This document shows, piece after piece, positions 1 to 7,778 of a stretch of DNA of 64,000 nt. Source of the DNA: an uncultured Sphingobacteriales bacterium (GTDB lineage: Bacteria; Bacteroidota; Bacteroidia; CAILMK01; CAYYUA01); the NCBI GenBank assembly GCA_964542585.1, contig CAZIUI010000001.1, forward strand, positions 16,824-80,823, in the 5' to 3' direction. Each line of letters opens with the position of its first letter. Within the stretch, counting starts at the first letter, position 1. The translations under genes were made by a program, and so were the position numbers. Below the pieces are notes generated by a model, which worked only from the letters and a program-made list of their open reading frames with translations, was not told the origin of the DNA and did not search any database.

Positions 1-1
1 C

Positions 2-223
2 CAAGCGGTATTTCCCGAAGTGGTGCGCTTGCCCGAGAATGATTTATTGATGGTAAACGAGGCCCTTGAACGCGCACGAAATTATCCTTCGGATGCCCAC
101 TTGGAGGCTTTGGAAGAACTGGCGGGCTTAATCGAGGAAAAACTTAAAATTGACAGAGGCGCACAAGCAGCGAAGACCTTTCTTCAACAGTTATCGCGTG
201 ATTACGTGGTCATGACCCGTTAA
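2..223 (+). CDS. 3' end of an unidentified gene entering from the left window edge
   Basis: Reading frame is open from nt 2 to TAA at 221-223. Encodes an acidic, helical tail (EALEELAGLIEEKLK). No family recognised. Confidence 0.3.
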   Translation, partial: QAVFPEVVRLPENDLLMVNEALERARNYPSDAHLEALEELAGLIEEKLKIDRGAQAAKTFLQQLSRDYVVMTR

Positions 224-1219
224 GCAATCATTAACAGCCCATCCTGGCCACCATCGCCCCCTGAGGCCAATAAACAATGGTAACGTGCTACCCCGCAAGT
301 AGCATGGTCTACCAATTTTGCAAGGCAGTCAGAACCATCAGCATAACAATCATAAAGCATCCTTAATAATTCCGATGACCCGGCCTTACTTGGCGGTATA
401 GTCAAATCAATGATGATTTTTGAAGTCTTTTGTGATACCTCGAATCCCCTCTTCAAAAAATTCTGGACCGTTACCTGCTCATTTGCGGGATCTGATAGCT
501 TATGATGGCCTTCTCTATTTCAAAAGAAAATTCAAAATCCGCGTAGTATTACAAGCCTTGAAATAAGCAGTTGCTTTTAATTGCGGATCATGGGTGTCAA
601 GCATTATGGTGCACGCTCATTAGTTTGGGCCAGTTGATATTCCTGTTTTCTACGCTTATTCCAATGGTGTAAAAATCAAAACTGCCTTGTAACAGGGAAA
701 ACCGTTAGACAAAATAAAAATATCTACCAGTTTGAAGATATTTTTCGCTGACGGTCGTTGTACCATGTTGCTTAACCTGTATGGTGGCATCCAGATCTGT
801 GATTTGGTAATCCCTTCCCTCAACTGTCATCCATGGAGAAATAATAGCGATAAAGTCAATTAGCAGGCAAAAGATTTTTTATGCAGTTTTATTAAGGCCG
901 GAAACCAGGCAGATAAAGGAGTTGAACATTGGGGTCAGCATTATTTCATGGCGAATCCTGAACCTCAATTCCGGGAATTATGGTAGAAATGGTATTGATG
1001 GCTAGTGCTATATAGCTGTAAGCTTATTTATTTAGCGGTTAGGCTATGAAAAATGATAACTTAGGTTATTTCAGGTTTTGCTGAAGTGGTTCCCTTCGAA
1101 TCTTTCATTGCGAGTCATATCCTTTATAGAAAAATAAAGAGAAGCATTTTTTGTTAGTAACATTCCTAGTCAACCATCCCATGAAGTTGCCTTTTTACTA
1201 CTCATAAGTTCAAATAATC

Positions 1220-2617
1220 TTAAAAGGACTTGTTAATACCAAGAGACAACCCCCAATGCAAGGCTCTTCTTTTTGGAAGGACCCCGCTCTTGATATTAGA
1301 AAAAGCCTGACCTTCCAAGTTAGGGGCTGCTGTTATCGTCCATTGATCTGATAACTTATAGCCAATACCCGCCTTTATCCGGTAACGAAGGTTTAAGCCT
1401 TCAACGGCATCCTGCTTAACTGATAGTAGCCTTTTTCCTTTACGGTTTGGTTCACTAAGTTTTACCTGACGGGCATTCAGACTGAACAAATAAGTAAGGC
1501 GAACCCCACCTTCAATAAACAATTCCCAATGCTGATTACTGCTCACCTTGTAGCGCAAGCCGACAGGCAGGCTAAAACGGTGATATTGGTTAAGATGCGT
1601 TTGCGTTTTTCCCTGGAAAGTGGTATCAATTTGTGGAGGTGTAATTTGATTGATAATCGTATCCCCGGGACTTAAAACCGTGGTGTCCAATTGAGCAGGC
1701 GTTACGGTGTCAATGGTCATTTCCTGGTAATCATGGTTAAATTGCTGCTGCTGGTATTCGTAACCCAACCCAGCTGTTAAGCTTAAGGCTTGGTTGAGCT
1801 TATAGTGAATTTGGGCACCTATTCTAAACCCTTTCCCATTAGCTTCTGCTGAACCGGCTTTTTCCAGTGAGGCACCGTTAAATTCTTCCTTGTTTTGATA
1901 CTGGAATTGGCTTACAAAAGGTGTTGCTTTAAACCCTACCATCCAGCGGTTTTTAATGGAATCTTTCACCTTTACATCAGGCTCTGATTGGAATGAATCC
2001 GCAAGCTGCTCGCTTTTAACCGTTGGCATAGGTCCGGGATTTTGCCCCAGCTTAATGGGGTTTAAATGGGCGCTTATTAAAGGATAGCTTTGAAGTTGGC
2101 GTTTAATCGAAGGTCGCTTATCGGTTGATGAGGATCTACGGTAGGCCTGTTCATCCTGTGATTTAGTTGTCTCCGCTACGGATCTATTCTGAGCAGGTCC
2201 GCTTTTGTTTGCCCTCATATTACTTTCAGATTGATGGGGGGTGTTATCTTGACTATCAGCTTTATCAGCTCCTGAATTTTTACTTGCTATCGCATACTCA
2301 AGTATCTCCCTTAAGTATGGTAAGCTCGGTTTATTTTGCCCCCTTGCTAGGTCACGATTGTGAAAGGAATCAGTTGATTTTGCGGAAGTATTAGCATCCT
2401 GCTTTGAAGATGATAAAGGATGGTTAAAGTCTGTATTGATCAGGATGGTGATAAGGCCAGTGATACCTAAAAGTAGAACCGGAATTACCAATCCCAGAAA
2501 ATACCTCCGCCTCCGCCTGGCCTTGATCCGACTTTGGATGCCTTCCCAGGTTCCGCGGGGAGGCTGCTTTTGATGCCCCTCGAACCGCCTTTTTATGGAT
2601 TCTTCATCTAATCTCAT
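1220..2617 (-). CDS. Putative anti-sigma factor: short N-terminal cytoplasmic segment, one TM helix, low-complexity linker, C-terminal outer-membrane beta-barrel-like domain
   Basis: 4-nt ATGA overlap with the upstream ECF sigma gene. Has RRRRRYFLGLVIPVLLLGITGLITILI as an arginine stop-transfer plus TM helix, then a ~170-aa Ser/Lys/Gln/Asp-rich linker. The C-terminal ~250 aa show alternating hydrophobic beta-strand patterns and end in a terminal Phe (GINKSF), typical of OM barrels. Confidence 0.6.
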   Translation of the reverse strand: MRLDEESIKRRFEGHQKQPPRGTWEGIQSRIKARRRRRYFLGLVIPVLLLGITGLITILINTDFNHPLSSSKQDANTSAKSTDSFHNRDLARGQNKPSLPYLREILEYAIASKNSGADKADSQDNTPHQSESNMRANKSGPAQNRSVAETTKSQDEQAYRRSSSTDKRPSIKRQLQSYPLISAHLNPIKLGQNPGPMPTVKSEQLADSFQSEPDVKVKDSIKNRWMVGFKATPFVSQFQYQNKEEFNGASLEKAGSAEANGKGFRIGAQIHYKLNQALSLTAGLGYEYQQQQFNHDYQEMTIDTVTPAQLDTTVLSPGDTIINQITPPQIDTTFQGKTQTHLNQYHRFSLPVGLRYKVSSNQHWELFIEGGVRLTYLFSLNARQVKLSEPNRKGKRLLSVKQDAVEGLNLRYRIKAGIGYKLSDQWTITAAPNLEGQAFSNIKSGVLPKRRALHWGLSLGINKSF

Positions 2618-3168
2618 GAGGTCTGATTTATCAACGCTGGATTGCGTGCTTTGACTTTTTCCTGCAGTAGCTTTTTAGCCCGTGCGTATTGTGATTTTGA
2701 TGCCCCGGTGGAGATATTGAGTTCCTCAGCGATTTCAGGGTGGGAATACCCTTCTATGGCGTACAGGTTAAAGATCAAGCGGTAGCCCTCTGGTAATGTT
2801 TGAATGATTTCAAGTAGTTCGTCTGTGGAAAGTTGGGCTGTGATCGTTTCAGCTTCTCCGATGTCATATTGTTCATTTAGATTCATTTCAAAGCCCTGAT
2901 GGGTTTGCTTTTTCCGGAAGGTGTCTAGGGCCGTGTTGACCATGATACCCCGTATCCAGCTTTCTAATTGGTCTGGTTTTTTCAGCTTTTGCAAATTGTT
3001 AAAAACTTTGATAAAACCCTCTTGCAGGATATCCGCTGCTTCTGCATCGTTAGCGCAATACCGGGCACAAATGCTCATCATTTTTGGAGCATAGCGCTCG
3101 TAGAGTAGTTTTTGACTTTTTGGATGTCCTTTCAGGCACCCTTTCACGAGGCTTTGCAGATCAGCCAT
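2614..3168 (-). CDS. ECF-type RNA polymerase sigma-70 family factor
   Basis: 184 aa. Region 2 motif DAEAADILQEGFIKVF. Region 4 HTH IEGYSHPEIAEELNISTGASKSQYARAKKLL. Size and operon partner are typical of ECF sigma factors. Confidence 0.9.
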   Translation of the reverse strand: MADLQSLVKGCLKGHPKSQKLLYERYAPKMMSICARYCANDAEAADILQEGFIKVFNNLQKLKKPDQLESWIRGIMVNTALDTFRKKQTHQGFEMNLNEQYDIGEAETITAQLSTDELLEIIQTLPEGYRLIFNLYAIEGYSHPEIAEELNISTGASKSQYARAKKLLQEKVKARNPALINQTS

Positions 3169-3229
3169 TGGTTTTCCTCATAACCTTGTATATCAATCTA
3201 TGATCAAATACGAGGTAGTAAGTTAAAGT

Positions 3230-3273
3230 AAAATAGGCGAGAATTCTCAAATGCAGATATCCTCGCCTATTTT
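3230..3273 (-). terminator. Intrinsic terminator-like hairpin downstream of the PrcB-like gene
   Basis: 12-bp perfect arms aaaataggcgag / ctcgcctatttt separated by a 20-nt loop, 4 nt after the stop at 3278-3280. A/T runs lie on both sides. Confidence 0.5.
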
Positions 3274-3277
3274 TTGG

Positions 3278-4267
3278 TTACTTATGGCACTTCCTGGTCA
3301 CCGTTTTGATGTCGAATTTAACCGATCCTTTGACTTTGGGAACGGTCACAAACTTACTGGGCTGATTGATAGCACTAATACCTACGCAACCTTGACCAGG
3401 CTGACGGTGCTCAAGAGTTACTGCAAGATTTTTATTCTTTTTGCAAACATCGGTTACAGCTAAGCGATAACCGCCCCGATTTTTCTCCCCTTGAAAAAGT
3501 GCCAGGACCATTTGTTGTTGGAAGTCTACTTTTGGTTTTGATCCATTGGTATTCCTGTGATGAACCTTCTGCCATAGCTTATCAAAAGCGTTTTGAGTTC
3601 GAATAACTTTTTCCTGGGCTTGTTTGATGCCGCTGAATTGATTTTTGTAGATCTCATGGTAAGGGAGCTGTTTACAGGGCTTTGCAGGTGGGTTGTTCGA
3701 ACATTTTCCGCAGGTTTTCTGAGAAGCTTCATTAAAACTAACATTCAAATTTTTGTAAGCTTTGGGTAAGGCAGAACGTTTTACTTTCACTAAGTGATAG
3801 GGGTTTAACTGAACATTTTGAACAGCGCATCCACTTTTGGGGGTGGTATTCTGGATCTTAACGGTTAGCTGATTTTGATTACCACACAATTCCTGGATGC
3901 TAATGCAAAATCCACTGCTAGGCTTAGGGCCTTGGAAAGCTCCGATCACTATGTAATGCTTGAAATTTACCTGTGGAGCAGATTGGGGTAAGTTCAGCTT
4001 GCCCCATACCGCTTGCAATTGTTGGTTATTCACAATAACACGGTTTTGATCGGTGCTGTAGCTACTACGTTGTCCTTTTTTAAAGGTTTTCCAGGAGACC
4101 ATGTTACCCGAACATTGGCTCTTAGAGCTGACATTACCCGATTGCGGTTCAGGTTTTGGTGTTAAGGGGCTGTTTTCGTGACATCCCATCAACAAAAAGC
4201 CGCTGACGATGACGGCTAGTGGTGCCATTAGCACTTTCGGTTTACACGAATGCTTTGCAAAAATCAT
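3278..4267 (-). CDS. Lipoprotein with two tandem PrcB_C-like domains
   Basis: Signal peptide plus lipobox (GFLLMGC). Two ~110-aa repeats share the pattern ...Q..W.K.......P.VDF......GAFQG.K...G..I.I.......L.V......P..GC......Q...P...V.V. (GAFQGPKPSSGFCISI and ALFQGEKNRGGYRLAV). This resembles the PrcB C-terminal domain as I remember it. Confidence 0.6.
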   Translation of the reverse strand: MIFAKHSCKPKVLMAPLAVIVSGFLLMGCHENSPLTPKPEPQSGNVSSKSQCSGNMVSWKTFKKGQRSSYSTDQNRVIVNNQQLQAVWGKLNLPQSAPQVNFKHYIVIGAFQGPKPSSGFCISIQELCGNQNQLTVKIQNTTPKSGCAVQNVQLNPYHLVKVKRSALPKAYKNLNVSFNEASQKTCGKCSNNPPAKPCKQLPYHEIYKNQFSGIKQAQEKVIRTQNAFDKLWQKVHHRNTNGSKPKVDFQQQMVLALFQGEKNRGGYRLAVTDVCKKNKNLAVTLEHRQPGQGCVGISAINQPSKFVTVPKVKGSVKFDIKTVTRKCHK

Positions 4268-4378
4268 AGGGTTTTATTTTAGGAGTTCACCCTTTAGTCG
4301 CAACTCATTCGGGAATGGTTGCACGATGGGTTCATCAACTTGGCATAGAAGCCTGTAAATCCCCTTATTTTTGTGTGT

Positions 4379-5650
4379 ATGGATGAAGGCAAAGTTGGAA
4401 TAGTAGTAATCGGTGGCGGAGCTGCTGGTTTTTTTGCAGCCATTCATGCCGCCGAGCGCACCAAAAGGGCTGTGGTGATATTAGAGCAATCCGGCAAGCT
4501 TTTGAGTAAGGTAAAAATCAGTGGTGGCGGACGCTGTAATGTTACCCATGCTTGCTATCATCCATCACAGTTGGTCAAACATTATCCACGAGGCGGCAAG
4601 AAGCTTTACAAACCTTTTCAAGCCTGGGCTACCCAGGATACGATTGACTGGTTCGAATCCCGTGGCGTTTCCATTAAGACTGAGCCCGATGGCCGCATGT
4701 TTCCGACCACTGACGATGCCCAGACCGTAATTGACACCTTAGTGGAGGCGGCCAAAGAGCGAGGCTGTACGATTCGAACCAAATCAAGGGTTGAGGCAAT
4801 TAAACCAAATGATGAAGGTTACCAGCTTACCTTGAATGGCGGAGAAACCCTTTACACCGAGCAGGTAGTGGTAGCCTCCGGCGGAAGTCCGAATGACAAA
4901 GGTTATAAGTGGCTGGAATACCTGGGATTGCCGGTGGTCAAGCCCTTTCCCTCATTGTTCACCTTTAATGTTCCGGACTCCGGCTTAACGCATTTGCAGG
5001 GGCTATCAGTCCAGCGTGGCTGGGTGCAATTAGCCGGAACCAAGCACTGGCAGGAGGGACCGGTTCTTATTACGCACTGGGGCTTCAGCGGCCCGGCTGT
5101 GATTAAGCTTTCGGCCTTTGCCGCAGAGTATCTTAATAAGCAGGCATACCAATTTCCCTTCCTTATCAATTGGGCTGGTAAGAAGCCGGAAACCGTCCTG
5201 GAAGAGCTAAAAATGCTAATTCATGCCCATCCAAAAAAGCTCGTAAAAAGCAATTCACAATTTGCCATTCCGAAGAGACTTTGGGCTGCCTTTTGTGATA
5301 AGGCTGGCATAGATGCTCAAACCAGGTTTGGTGATTTGAGTAAAAATAAACGGAACGGTTTAATGGAAACACTGGTGCGTGATCCCTACTACGCTAAGGG
5401 CAAAAGTACCTACAAAGAGGAATTCGTTACAGCTGGAGGCGTAGATTTAAAAGCGGTAAACCTTGAAACCTTTGAGGCTAAGCAGTATCCAGGCCTTTAT
5501 TTAACTGGGGAAGTACTGAATGTAGATGGGGTTACAGGTGGTTTTAACTTTCAGCATGCTTGGACCAGCGGGTATATAGCGGGCAAAGCAGCTGGTAAGA
5601 AAGCAAAAATATCTGAGGTCCAAAACCAAGCAAATGCCTTGAAAGCGTAG
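4379..5650 (+). CDS. HI0933/BaiN-family NAD(P)/FAD-dependent flavoprotein
   Basis: N-terminal dinucleotide fold VVIGGGAAGFFAA, GGGRCNVTH motif, and C-terminal GGFNFQHAWTSG typical of the YhiN/HI0933 family. ATG at 4379 is preferred over GTG at 4373. Confidence 0.8.
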   Translation: MDEGKVGIVVIGGGAAGFFAAIHAAERTKRAVVILEQSGKLLSKVKISGGGRCNVTHACYHPSQLVKHYPRGGKKLYKPFQAWATQDTIDWFESRGVSIKTEPDGRMFPTTDDAQTVIDTLVEAAKERGCTIRTKSRVEAIKPNDEGYQLTLNGGETLYTEQVVVASGGSPNDKGYKWLEYLGLPVVKPFPSLFTFNVPDSGLTHLQGLSVQRGWVQLAGTKHWQEGPVLITHWGFSGPAVIKLSAFAAEYLNKQAYQFPFLINWAGKKPETVLEELKMLIHAHPKKLVKSNSQFAIPKRLWAAFCDKAGIDAQTRFGDLSKNKRNGLMETLVRDPYYAKGKSTYKEEFVTAGGVDLKAVNLETFEAKQYPGLYLTGEVLNVDGVTGGFNFQHAWTSGYIAGKAAGKKAKISEVQNQANALKA

Positions 5651-5793
5651 CCGTTTTGTTAGGTGTCACCGGTAGGTTATGCCTACCTAACGAATCTAAA
5701 TAGCTTACATGCAACCCTTTGCCTTACATATGCGACTAAGCATAAGTACCCTTCGATTACCATTTTTGAACAATCCATTCTAAACCTGCCTTT

Positions 5794-6288
5794 ATGATGC
5801 GCTTTAGTTTTTGTCTTATCCTTTTAATGCTTGGTTTCATAGCTTGTGATGAAGATAAAGCTATTCCTCCTGCCAAGTCGCAACCTTCGCCCTTACAGGA
5901 TACCGCTCTAATATTTGGCACATACTACGGATTCTGCTTTCCTCCGGACTCCTGCGTCCATATTTATAAATTGGCTGATGGCAGGGTTTATAAGGACACA
6001 ACTCATCATTACCCTCATGATACTAGTTCCTACAGGTTTTTAGCAATTGACACGCCTCATTACCAAAAGGTAAGAGAACTAAAAAAAGCCTTTCCCCGAA
6101 GGCTTATTACGGATACGGCTACCAAGCTGGGATGTCCGGATTGCCGTGATCAAGGAGGATATTATGTAGCCTTGAAAACTGATAAGTATGAAAAAAGATG
6201 GCTGATTGATACGGATCTTGATGCCGTATCGCCTTTCCTACGGCCCTTTTTGCGAAAAGTTGATTCCGCTATGCACCAGTTACCTTAA
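5794..6288 (+). CDS. Hypothetical lipoprotein
   Basis: Signal peptide with lipobox LGFIAC. No family recognised. Confidence 0.5.
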   Translation: MMRFSFCLILLMLGFIACDEDKAIPPAKSQPSPLQDTALIFGTYYGFCFPPDSCVHIYKLADGRVYKDTTHHYPHDTSSYRFLAIDTPHYQKVRELKKAFPRRLITDTATKLGCPDCRDQGGYYVALKTDKYEKRWLIDTDLDAVSPFLRPFLRKVDSAMHQLP

Positions 6289-6302
6289 AAACCTGTTATT
6301 GT

Positions 6303-7364
6303 TCAGCTGCTTTCGCCTTTCTGCTGCTCAGTAAAGGCATTCCATCCCTGAGCTTTTAGCTCATATTCGTTATTGGAACGGGTTACTAGCTTGCGTCCTT
6401 CATTTGCCGGCATCATAGTGCCAACCACGGAAATGTCCCTCACTCCGCTAATAGCTTCGTAAGCTGATTCGCTAAGGGTAAACATAAGCTGATACTCATC
6501 TCCCCCGTTTAAAACACAAATTGTGGGGTCTAAGCTAAATTCCATTGCCCGCTTGTAGGTTTCGTCCGGAATGGGTAACTCAGCCTCCTGAATCCGGCAG
6601 CCTAAGTTGCTTTGCTTGCAGATATGAAGGATATCCGAGGCCAATCCATCGGAAATATCGATCATGGCATTGGGCTTAACTTTGTAGGATGAAAGCATAT
6701 CAACCATGTCACGCCGGGCTTCCGGTCGCAAGTGCTTTTGGAGAATCGTATCATAACCGCCCAAACTGGGCTGACTATCCGGGTTATCCATAAACACCTT
6801 TTTCTCTCGCTCAAGAACGGTCAAGCCAAGCAAAGGCGCACCCAAATCCCCGCTGACGCAAATTAAATCGCCATCCTGGGCACCACTCCGGTACGTAAGG
6901 GCTTCAGGTTTGGCCTGACCATAGGCTGTTAGGGAAAGGACCAATCCACTCAAGGAAGAAGTCGTATCGCCCCCTACCAAATCCACGCCATAGGTCTCGC
7001 AAGCCACGCGCATGCCGCTGAACAAGTCTTCTACCATCTCAACAGAGAACTTCTGGCTCATACCAATCGATACCACAATCTGCTGGGCGTAGGTATTCAT
7101 GGCATAGATATCAGAAATAGTGGCAATCACAGCTTTGTAACCCAGATGCTGAAGAGGGGTGTAAACCAGATCAAAGTGAATGCCCTCCAAAAACATATCA
7201 GTAGAAGTAACAGTTGTACCTTCTTCATTTTGAATAACAGCTGCATCATCCCCTATGCCCTGCAGGCTGGTTGGGTTTTGAATAGGACCCTGCTGCTTAA
7301 ACTTTTCAATCAAGCCGAACTCGCCTAATTGACTAATGGGCGTAAACGTTTGCTGTTGATCCAT
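6303..7364 (-). CDS. thiL: Thiamine-monophosphate kinase
   Basis: AIR-synthase-like fold motifs: GEFGLIEKF, IGDDAAV, TDMFLEGIHF, GGDT, DISDGLASD. Confidence 0.85.
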   Translation of the reverse strand: MDQQQTFTPISQLGEFGLIEKFKQQGPIQNPTSLQGIGDDAAVIQNEEGTTVTSTDMFLEGIHFDLVYTPLQHLGYKAVIATISDIYAMNTYAQQIVVSIGMSQKFSVEMVEDLFSGMRVACETYGVDLVGGDTTSSLSGLVLSLTAYGQAKPEALTYRSGAQDGDLICVSGDLGAPLLGLTVLEREKKVFMDNPDSQPSLGGYDTILQKHLRPEARRDMVDMLSSYKVKPNAMIDISDGLASDILHICKQSNLGCRIQEAELPIPDETYKRAMEFSLDPTICVLNGGDEYQLMFTLSESAYEAISGVRDISVVGTMMPANEGRKLVTRSNNEYELKAQGWNAFTEQQKGESS

Positions 7365-7778
7365 AGCGTGAAGATGGTTTGAATTTGAAAAATCAAAGGT
7401 AGGGACGGTTTCTGGAAGTACTAAGCATGATTTTCCACCTGCCTTTTTAATTTCCTTTCAAATGCGGCTTTTGTCTGCAAAAAGGCTGGTGGTGAAGGAA
7501 AAGTTTTTTAAAAATTAAGTAAACCTTCTCGTATATTTACTGGCTTAGGTGAATTGTAAATACGGCAAAAATGTGCTTTAACGTTATTAGAATTAATACA
7601 AAAGCGTCTAAAAGTTAGGCATGTAAAGCTTATTGTAATACGGTTGACGGCGAAGCTGCATGACTACATTTAAAATTTTTACGGAAAAAAAGGAATTGGA
7701 TACAAATGGCTCATTGTTTTGTTATATGAAAAAGTTAACTTTCGTAAAATTCTTTTTTTTTGTGAATATGATTTGTTT

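Noticed and set aside
220-456. A 78-aa minus-strand ORF (Cys/Gly-rich) overlapping the end of the left-edge gene.
   Set aside because: No start context and no recognisable domain. It may belong to the decayed region reported under 457-1219 rather than being a live gene.
4651-4668. The tRNA T-arm-like string ggttcgaatcc.
   Set aside because: It lies inside the well-supported flavoprotein CDS, in frame (WFESRG). No acceptor or anticodon stems could be drawn around it.
5651-5695. A hairpin-like sequence after the flavoprotein gene (ggtagg-ttatg-cctacc nested in gttaggt...acctaac).
   Set aside because: Short 6-bp stem with competing pairings and no U tract, so not convincing as a terminator.
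7719-7778. Track start codons further upstream for the adhesin (7719), nuoI (44026), nuoM (47356), the M43 protease (60144) and the gluzincin protease (33572).
   Set aside because: Internal ATGs give proper signal peptides or canonical N-termini and remove the overlaps with upstream genes. The extensions encode implausible sequence.
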